NCBI RefSeq assembly: GCF_009914755.1
Contig: NC_060942.1
Origin: the human T2T-CHM13v2.0 reference genome, Homo sapiens
Reading direction: 5' to 3' (one strand)
DNA: 64,000 nucleotides
Part shown: positions 55,301-64,000 of the stretch, in pieces
Layout of the letters: each line of letters begins with the position of its first letter
Position numbering within the stretch: position 1 is the first letter of the stretch
Made by a program: the position numbers and the translations under genes
The notes under the pieces: model-generated
Seen by the model: only the letters and a program-made list of their open reading frames with translations
The model's database searches: none
What the model was told of the DNA's origin: nothing

Positions 55301-58300
55301 TGATGTGTGTCCTCAACTAAAGGAGTAGAACCTTTCTATTCATAGAGAAGTTTTGAAACGCTCTTTTTGTGGAATCTCCAAGTGGATATTTGGTTAGTTT
55401 TGAGGATTTCGTTGGAAGCGGGAATTCATACAAATTGCAGACTGCAGCGTTCTGAGAAACATCTTTGTGATGTTTGTATTCAAGACACAGAGATGAACAT
55501 TCCCTATCATAGAGCATGTTGGAATCACTCCTTTTGTAGTATCTGGAAGTGGACATTTGGAGCGCTTTGAGGCCTATGTTGAAAAAGGAAATATCTTCCC
55601 ATAACAACTAGACACAAGCGTTCTCAGAAACTTGTTTGTGATGTGTGCCCTCTACTGACAGAGTTGAACCTTTCTTTTCATAGAGCAGTTTTGAAACACT
55701 CTTTTTGTAGAATCTGCAAGAGGATATTTGCATAGCTTTGAGGATTTCGTGGGAAACGGGATTGTCTTCAGGTAAAATCTAGACAGAAGCATTCTCAGAA
55801 ACTTCTTTGGGATGTTTGCATTCAAGTCACAGAGTAGAACATTCCCTTTGGTAGAGCAGGTTTGAAACACTCTTTTTGTAGTATCTGGAAGTGGACATTT
55901 GGAGCGCTTTCAGGCCCATGTTGGAAAGGGAAATATCTTCCCGTAACAACTAGGCAGAAGCATTCTCAGAAACTTATTTGAGATGTGTGTACTCAACTAA
56001 GAGAATTGAACCACCGTTTTGAAGGAGCAGTTTTGAAACCCTCTTTTTCTGGAATCTGCAAGAGTATATTTGCCTAGCCTTGAGGATTTCGTTGGAAACG
56101 GGATTGTCTTCAGATAAAATCTAGACAGAAGCATTCTCAGAAACTTCTTTGGGATGTTTGCATTCAAGTCACAGAGTAGAACACTCCCTTTGGTAGAGCA
56201 GGTTTGAAACACTCTTTTTTTAGTATATGGAAGTGGACATTTGGAGCGCTTTCAGGCCTACGTTGGAAAAGGAAATATCTTCCCATAACAACTAGACAGA
56301 AGCATTCTCAGAAACTAGTTTCTGATGTGTGTCCTCAACTAACACAGTTGTACATTTCTTTAGACAGAACAGTTTTGAAACACTCTTTTTGTGGAATCTG
56401 CAAGTGGATATTGGGCTAGATTTGAGGATTTCGTTGGAAACGGGATTACATATAAAAAGCAGACAGCAGCATTCTCAGAAAGTTCTTTGTGATGATTGCA
56501 TTCAAGTCACAGAATTGAACATTCCCTTTCACAGAGCAGGTTTGAAACACTCTTTTTGTAGTGTGTGTAAGTGGACATTTGGAGCGCTTTCCGGCCTAAG
56601 GTGAAAAAGGAAATATCTTCCCATAAAAACTAGACAGAAGCATTCTCAGAAACTTACTCGTGATGTGTGTCCTCAACTAAAGGAGTAGAACCTTTCTATT
56701 CATAGAGAAGTTTTGAAACGCTCTTTTTGTGGAATCTCCAAGTGGATATTTGGCTAGTTTTGAGGATTTCGTTGGAAGCGGGAATTCATACAAATTGCAG
56801 ACTGCAGCGTTCTGAGAAACATCTTTGTGATGTTTGTATTCAGGACACAGAGATGAACATTCCCTATCATAGAGCAGGTTGGAATCACTCCTTTTGTAGT
56901 ATCTGGAAGTGGACATTTGGAGCGCTTTCAGGCCTATGTTGAAAAAGGAAATATCTTCCCATAACAACTAGACACAAGCATTCTCAGAAACTTGTTTGTG
57001 ATGTGTGCCCTCTACTGACAGAGTTGAACCTTTCTTTTCATAGAGCAGTTTTGAAACACTCTTTTTGTAGAATCCGCAAGAGGATATTTGCATAGCTTTG
57101 AGGATTTCGTGGGAAACGGGATTGTCTTCAGGTAAAATCTAGACAGAAGCATTCTCAGAAACTTCTTTGGGATGTTTGCATTCAAGTCACAGAGTAGAAC
57201 ATTCCCTTTGGTAGAGCAGGTTTGAAACACTCTTTTTGTAGTATCTGGAAGTGGACATTTGGAGCGCTTTCAGGCCCATGTTGGAAAGGGAAATATCTTC
57301 CCGTAACAACTAGGCAGAAGCATTCTCAGAAACTTATTTGAGATGTGTGTACTCAACTAAGAGAATTGAACCACCGTTTTGAAGGAGCAGTTTTGAAACC
57401 CTCTTTTTCTGGAATCTGCAAGAGTATATTTGCCTAGCCTTGAGGATTTCGTTGGAAACGGGATTGTCTTCAGATAAAATCTAGACAGAAGCATTCTCAG
57501 AAACTTCTTTGGGATGTTTGCATTCAAGTCACAGAGTAGAACATTCCCTTTGGTAGAGCAGGTTTGAAACACTCTTTTTTTAGTATATGGAAGTGGACAT
57601 TTGGAGCGCTTTCAGGCCTACGTTGGAAAAGGAAATATCTTCCCATAACAACTAGACAGAAGCATTCTCAGAAACTAGTTTCTGATGTGTGTCCTCAACT
57701 AACACAGTTGTACATTTCTTTATACAGAACAGTTTTGAAACACTCTTTTTGTGGAATCTGCAAGTGGATATTGGGCTAGATTTGAGGATTTCGTTGGAAA
57801 CGGGATTACATATAAAAAGCAGACAGCAGCATTCTCAGAAAGTTCTTTGTGATGATTGCATTCAAGTCACAGAATTGAACATTCCCTTTCACAGAGCAGG
57901 TTTGAAACACTCTTTTTGTAGTGTGTGTAAGTGGACATTTGGAGCGCTTTCCGGCCTAAGGTGAAAAAGGACATATCTTCCCATAAAAACTAGACAGAAG
58001 CATTCTCAGAAACTTACTCGTGATGTGTGTCCTCAACTAAAGGAGTAGAACCTTTCTATTCATAGAGAAGTTTTGAAACGCTCTTTTTGTGGAATCTCCA
58101 AGTGGATATTTGGCTAGTTTTGAGGATTTCGTTGGAAGCGGGAATTCCTACAAATTGCAGACTGCAGCGTTCTGAGAAACATCTTTGTGATGTTTGTATT
58201 CAGGACACAGAGATGAACATTCCCTATCATAGAGCATGTTGGAATCACTCCTTTTGTAGTATCTGGAAGTGGACATTTGGAGCGCTTTCAGGCCTATGTT

Positions 58301-61300
58301 GAAAAAGGAAATATCTTCCCATAACAACTAGACACAAGCATTCTCAGAAAGTTGTTTGTGATGTGTGTCCTCTACTGACAGAGTTGAACCTTTCTTTTCA
58401 TAGAGCAGTTTTGAAACACTCTTTTTGTAGAATCCGCAAGAGGATATTTGCATAGCTTTGAGGATTTCGTGGGAAACGGGATTGTCTTCAGGTAAAATCT
58501 AGACAGAAGCATTCTCAGAAACTTCTTTGGGATGTTTGCATTCAAGTCACAGAGTAGAACATTCCCTTTGGTAGAGCAGGTTTGAAACACTCTTTTTGTA
58601 GTATCTGGAAGTGGACATTTGGAGCGCTTTCAGGCCCATGTTGGAAAGGGAAATATCTTCCCGTAACAACTAGGCAGAAGCATTCTCAGAAACTTATTTG
58701 AGATGTGTGTACTCAACTAAGAGAATTGAACCACCGTTTTGAAGGAGCAGTTTTGAAACACTCTTTTTCTGGAATCTGCAAGAGTATATTTGCCTAACCT
58801 TGAGGATTTCGTTGGAAACGGGATTGTCTTCAGATAAAATCTAGACAGAAGCATTCTCAGAAACTTCTTTGGGATGTTTGCATTCAAGTCACAGAGTAGA
58901 ACATTCCCTTTGTTAGAGCAGGTTTGAAACACTCTTTTTTTAGTATATGGAAGTGGACATTTGGAGCGCTTTCAGGCCTACGTTGGAAAAGGAACTATCT
59001 TCCCATAACAACTAGACAGAAGCATTCTCAGAAACTAGTTTCTGATGTGTGTCCTCAACTAACACAGTTGTACATTTCCTTAGACAGAACAGTTTTGAAA
59101 CACTCTTTTTGTGGAATCTGCAAGTGGATATTGGGCTAGATTTGAGGATTTCGTTGGAAACGGGATTACATATAAAAAGCAGTCAGCAGCATTCTCAGAA
59201 AGTTCTTTGTGATGATTGCATTCAAGTCACAGAATTGAACATTCCCTTTCACAGAGCAGGTTTGAAACACTCTTTTTGTAGTGTGTGTAAGTGGACATTT
59301 GGAGTGCTTTCCGGCCTAAGGTGAAAAAGGACATATCTTCCCATAAAAACTAGACAGAAGCATTCTCAGAAACTTACTCGTGATGTGTGTCCTCAACTAA
59401 AGGAGTAGAACCTTTCTATTCATAGAGAAGTTTTGAAACGCTCTTTTTGTGGAATCTCCAAGTGGTTATTTTGTTAGTTTTGAGGATTTCGTTGGAAGCG
59501 GGAATTCATCCAAATGGCAGACTGCAGCGTTCTGAGAAACATCTTTGTGATGTTTGTATTCAGGACACAGAGATGAACATTCCCTATCATAGAGCATGTT
59601 GGAATCACTCCTTTTGTAGTATCTGGAAGTGGACATTTGGAGCGCTTTCAGGCCTATGTTGAAAAAGGAAATATCTTCCCATAACAACTAGACACAAGCA
59701 TTCTCAGAAACTTGTTTGTGATGTGTGCCCTCTACTGACAGAGTTGAACCTTTCTTTTCATAGAGCAGTTTTGAAACACTCTTTTTGTAGAATCTGCAAG
59801 AGGATATTTGCATAGCTTTGAGGATTTCGTGGGAAACGGGATTGTCTTCAGGTAAAATCTAGACAGAAGCATTCTCAGAAACTTCTTTGGGATGTTTGCA
59901 TTCAAGTCACAGAGTAGAACATTCCCTTTGGTAGAGCAGGTTTGAAACACTCTTTTTGTAGTATCTGGAAGTGGACATTTGGAGCGCGTTCAGGCCCATG
60001 TTGGAAAGGGAAATATCTTCCCGTAACAACTAGGCAGAAGCATTCTCAGAAACTTATTTGAGATGTGTGTACTCAACTAAGAGAATTGAACCACCGTTTT
60101 GAAGGAGCAGTTGTGAAACCCTCTTTTTCTGGAATCTGCAAGAGTATATTTGCCTAGCCTTGAGGATTTCGTTGGAAACGGGATTGTCTTCAGATAAAAT
60201 CTAGATAGAAGCATTCTCAGAAACTTCTTTGGGATGTTTGCATTCAAGTCACAGAGTAGAACATTCCCTTTGGTAGAGCAGGTTTGAAACACTCTTTTTT
60301 TAGTATATGGAAGTGGACATTTGGAGCGCTTTCAGGCCTACGTTGGAAAAGGAAATATCTTCCCATAACAACTAGACAGAAGCATTCTCAGAAACTAGTT
60401 TCTGATGTGTGTCCTCAACTAACACAGTTGTACATTTCTTTAGACAGAACAGTTTTGAAACACTCTTTTTGTGGAATCTGCAAGTGGATATTGGGCTAGA
60501 TTTGAGGATTTCGTTGGAAACAGGATTACATATAAAAAGCAGACAGCAGCATTCTCAGAAAGTTCTTTGTGATGATTGCATTCAAGTCACAGAATTGAAC
60601 ATTCCCTTTCACAGAGCAGGTTTGAAACATTCTTTTTGTAGTGTGTGTAAGTGGACATTTGGAGCGCTTTCCGGCCTAAGGTGAAAAAGGAAATATCTTC
60701 CCATAAAAACTAGACAGAAGCATTCTCAGAAACTTACTCGTGATGTGTGTCCTCAACTAAAGGAGTAGAACCTTTCTATTCATAGAGAAGTTTTGAAACG
60801 CTCTTTTTGTGGAATCTCCAAGTCGATATTTGGCTAGTTTTGAGGATTTCGTTGGAAGCGGGAATTCATCCAAATTGCAGACTGCAGCGTTCTGAGAAAC
60901 ATCTTTGTGATGTTTGTATTCAGGACACAGAGATGAACATTCCCTATCATAGAGCAGGTTGGAATCACTCCTTTTGTAGTATCTGGAAGTGGACATTTGG
61001 AGCGCTTTCAGGCCTATGTTGAAAAAGGAAATATTTTCCCATAACAACTAGACACAAGCATTCTCAGAAACTTGTTTGTGATGTGTGCCCTCTACTGACA
61101 GAGTTGAACCTTTCTTTTCATAGAGCAGTTTTGAAACACTCTTTTTGTAGAATCCGCAAGAGGATATTTGCATAGCTTTGAGGATTTCGTGGGAAACGGG
61201 ATTGTCTTCAGGTAAAATCTAGACAGAAGCATTCTCAGAAACTTCTTTGGGATGTTTGCATTCAAGTCACAGAGTAGAACATTCCCTTTGGTAGAGCAGG

Positions 61301-64000
61301 TTTGAAACACTCTTTTTGTAGTATCTGGAAGTGGACATTTGGAGCGCTTTCAGGCCCATGTTGGAAAGGGAAATATCTTCCCGTAACAACTAGGCAGAAG
61401 CATTCTCAGAAACTTATTTGAGATGTGTGTACTCAACTAAGAGAATTGAACCACCGTTTTGAAGGAGCAGTTTTGAAACACTCTTTTTCTGGAATCTGCA
61501 AGAGTATATTTGCCTAGCCTTGAGGATTTCGTTGGAAACGGGATTGTCTTCAGATAAAATCTAGACAGAAGCATTCTCAGAAACTTCTTTGGGATGTTTG
61601 CATTCAAGTCACAGAGTAGAACATTCCCTTTGGTAGAGCAGGTTTGAAACACTCTTTTTTTAGTATATGGAAGTGGACATTTGGAGCGCTTTCAGGCCTA
61701 CGTTGGAAAAGGAAATATCTTCCCATAACAACTAGACAGAAGCATTCTCAGAAACTAGTTTCTGATGTGTGTCCTCAACTAACACAGTTGAACTTTTCTT
61801 TAGACAGAACAGTTTTGAAACACTCTTTTTGTGGAATCTGCAAGTGGATATTGGGCTAGATTTGAGGATTTCGTTGGAAACGGGATTACATATAAAAAGC
61901 AGACAGCAGCATTCTCAGAAAGTTCTTTGTGATGATTGCATTCAAGTCACAGAATTGAACATTCCCTTTCACAGAGCAGGTTTGAAACACTCTTTTTGTA
62001 GTGTGTGAAAGTGGACATTTGGAGCGCTTTCCGGCCTAAGGTGAAAAAGGAAATATCTTCCCATAAAAACTAGACAGAAGCATTCTCAGAAACTTACTCG
62101 TGATGTGTTTCCTCAACTAAAGGAGTAGAACCTTTCTATTCATAGAGAAGTTTTGAAACGCTCTTTTTGTGGAATCTCCAAGTGGATATTTGGCTAGTTT
62201 TGAGGATTTCGTTGGAAGCGGGAATTCATACAAATTGCAGACTGCAGCGTTCTGAGAAACATCTTTGTGATGTTTGTATTCAGGACACAGAGATGAACAT
62301 TCCCTATCATAGAGCAGGTTGGAATCACTCCTTTTGTAGTATCTGGAAGTGGACATTTGGAGCGCTTTCAGGCCTATGTTGAAAAAGGAAATATCTTCCC
62401 ATAACAACTAGACACAAGCATTCTCAGAAACTTGTTTGTGATGTGTGCCCTCTACTGACAGAGTTGAACCTTTCTTTTCATAGAGCAGTTTTGAAACACT
62501 CTTTTTGTAGAATCCGCAAGAGGATATTTGCATAGCTTTGAGGATTTCGTGGGAAACGGGATTGTCTTCAGGTAAAATCTAGACAGAAGCATTCTCAGAA
62601 ACTTCTTTGGGATGTTTGCATTCAAGTCACAGAGTAGAACATTCCCTTTGGTAGAGCAGGTTTGAAACACTCTTTTTGTAGTATCTGGAAGTGGACATTT
62701 GGAGCGCTTTCAGGCCCATGTTGGAAAGGGAAATATCTTCCCGTAACAACTAGGCAGAAGCATTCTCAGAAACTTATTTGAGATGTGTGTACTCAACTAA
62801 GAGAATTGAACCACCGTTTTGAAGGAGCAGTTTTGAAACCCTCTTTTTCTGGAATCTGCAAGAGTATATTTGCCTAGCCTTGAGGATTTCGTTGGAAACG
62901 GGATTGTCTTCAGATAAAATCTAGACAGAAGCATTCTCAGAAACTTCTTTGGGATGTTTGCATTCAAGTCACAGAGTAGAACATTCCCTTTGGTAGAGCA
63001 GGTTTGAAACACTCTTTTTTTAGTATATGGAAGTGGACATTTGGAGCGCTTTCAGGCCTACGTTGGAAAAGGAAATATCTTCCCATAACAACTAGACAGA
63101 AGCATTCTCAGAAACTAGTTTGTGATGTGTGTCCTCAACTAACACAGTTGTACATTTCTTTAGACAGAACAGTTTTGAAACACTCTTTTTGTGGAATCTG
63201 CAAGTGGATATTGGGCTAGATTTGAGTATTTCGTTGGAAACGGGATTACATATAAAAAGCAGTCAGCAGCATTCTCAGGAAGTTCTTTGTGATGATTGCA
63301 TTCAAGTCACAGAATTGAACATTCCCTTTCACAGAGCAGGTTTGAAACACTCTTTCTGTAGTGTGTGTAAGTGGACATTTGGAGCGCTTTCCGGCCTAAG
63401 GTGAAAAAGGACATATCTTCCCATAAAAACTAGACAGAAGCATTCTGAGAAACTTACTCGTGATGTGTGTCCTCAACTAAAGGAGTAGAACCTTTCTATT
63501 CATAGAGAAGTTTTGAAACGCTCTTTTTGTGGAATCTCCAAGTGGATATTTGGCTAGTGTTGAGGATTTCGTAGGAAGCGGGAATTCATCCAAATTGCAG
63601 ACTGCAGCGTTCTGAGAAACATCTTTGTGATGTTTGTATTCAGGACACAGACATGAACATTCCCTATCATAGAGCAGGTTGGAATCACTCCTTTTGTAGT
63701 ATCTGGAAGTGGACATTTGGAGCGCTTTCAGGCCTATGTTGAAAAAGGAAATATCTTCCCATAACAACTAGACACAAGCATTCTCAGAAACTTGTTTGTG
63801 ATGTGTGCCCTCTACTGACAGAGTTGAACCTTTCTTTTCATAGAGCAGTTTTGAAACACTCTTTTTGTAGAATCCGCAAGAGGATATTTGCATAGCTTTG
63901 AGGATTTCGTGGGAAACGGGATTGTCTTCAGGTAAAATCTAGACAGAAGCATTCTCAGAAACTTCTTTGGGATGTTTGCATTCAAGTCACAGAGTAGAAC

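Larger units (their letters stand above)
1..64000 (+). repeat. Centromeric alpha satellite HOR array (about 47 x 1360-bp 8-mer, about 376 monomers), SF2 dimeric D1/D2 type; probably human chromosome 18 D18Z1 (S2C18H1L) 8-mer
   Basis: Seen: roughly 171-bp monomers starting CATTCTCAGAAA and an exact 1360-bp period across the window (ORF track coordinates shift by exactly 1360 each copy). Established: monomers match the SF2 D1 (TGAGGATTTCGTTGGAAACGGGA) and D2 (CATTCAAGTCACAGAG...AACATTCCCTT...GGACATTTGGAGCGCTTTCAGGCC) consensus features. Inference from recall: GAATTCATACAAATTGCAGACTGCAGCGTTCTGAGAAAC and the 1.36-kb EcoRI unit fit D18Z1. Alpha satellite identity is near certain; the chromosome assignment is about 0.8. 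Confidence 0.98.

Noticed and set aside
237-63767. About six short ORFs (67-98 aa) per 1360 bp on both strands
   Set aside because: They are chance open frames in alpha satellite: overlapping on both strands, mostly non-ATG starts, freely broken or extended by SNPs, with no recognisable domain. Not annotated as CDS.
1-64000. CRISPR-like regular recurrence of AGAAGCATTCTCAGAAAC
   Set aside because: The intervening sequences are homologous 171-bp monomers rather than unique spacers, and there are no cas genes.
1-64000. Hidden insertion, inversion or foreign element inside the array
   Set aside because: The 1360-bp register and orientation are preserved from the first to the last base, and no non-alphoid sequence was seen.

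Overview
The whole 64 kb window is one uninterrupted, head-to-tail array of primate (human-type) centromeric alpha satellite. It holds about 47 copies of a 1360-bp 8-monomer higher-order repeat (HOR): six 171-bp and two 167-bp monomers, alternating A-type and CENP-B-box (B-type) monomers as in dimeric suprachromosomal family 2 (D1/D2). The sequence resembles the chromosome 18 active array D18Z1 in its 8-mer form; this is recognised from memory and needs an alignment to confirm. I see no genes, RNA genes, transposon insertions, inversions or net indels, and every ORF in the track is a 1360-bp-periodic by-product of the satellite. I find no new protein-coding or RNA system. The informative structure lies in the SNP patterns. 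A few HOR haplotypes (my labels S, V, Y, R, N) recur in a conserved order, with multi-HOR duplications at 2, 3, 6, 9, 11 and 17 HOR offsets. There are also chimeric HORs, a sub-lineage that has lost one CENP-B box, and a divergent first HOR. HOR n is taken as starting at (n-1)*1360+1. All variant calls were read by eye and should be confirmed by alignment.
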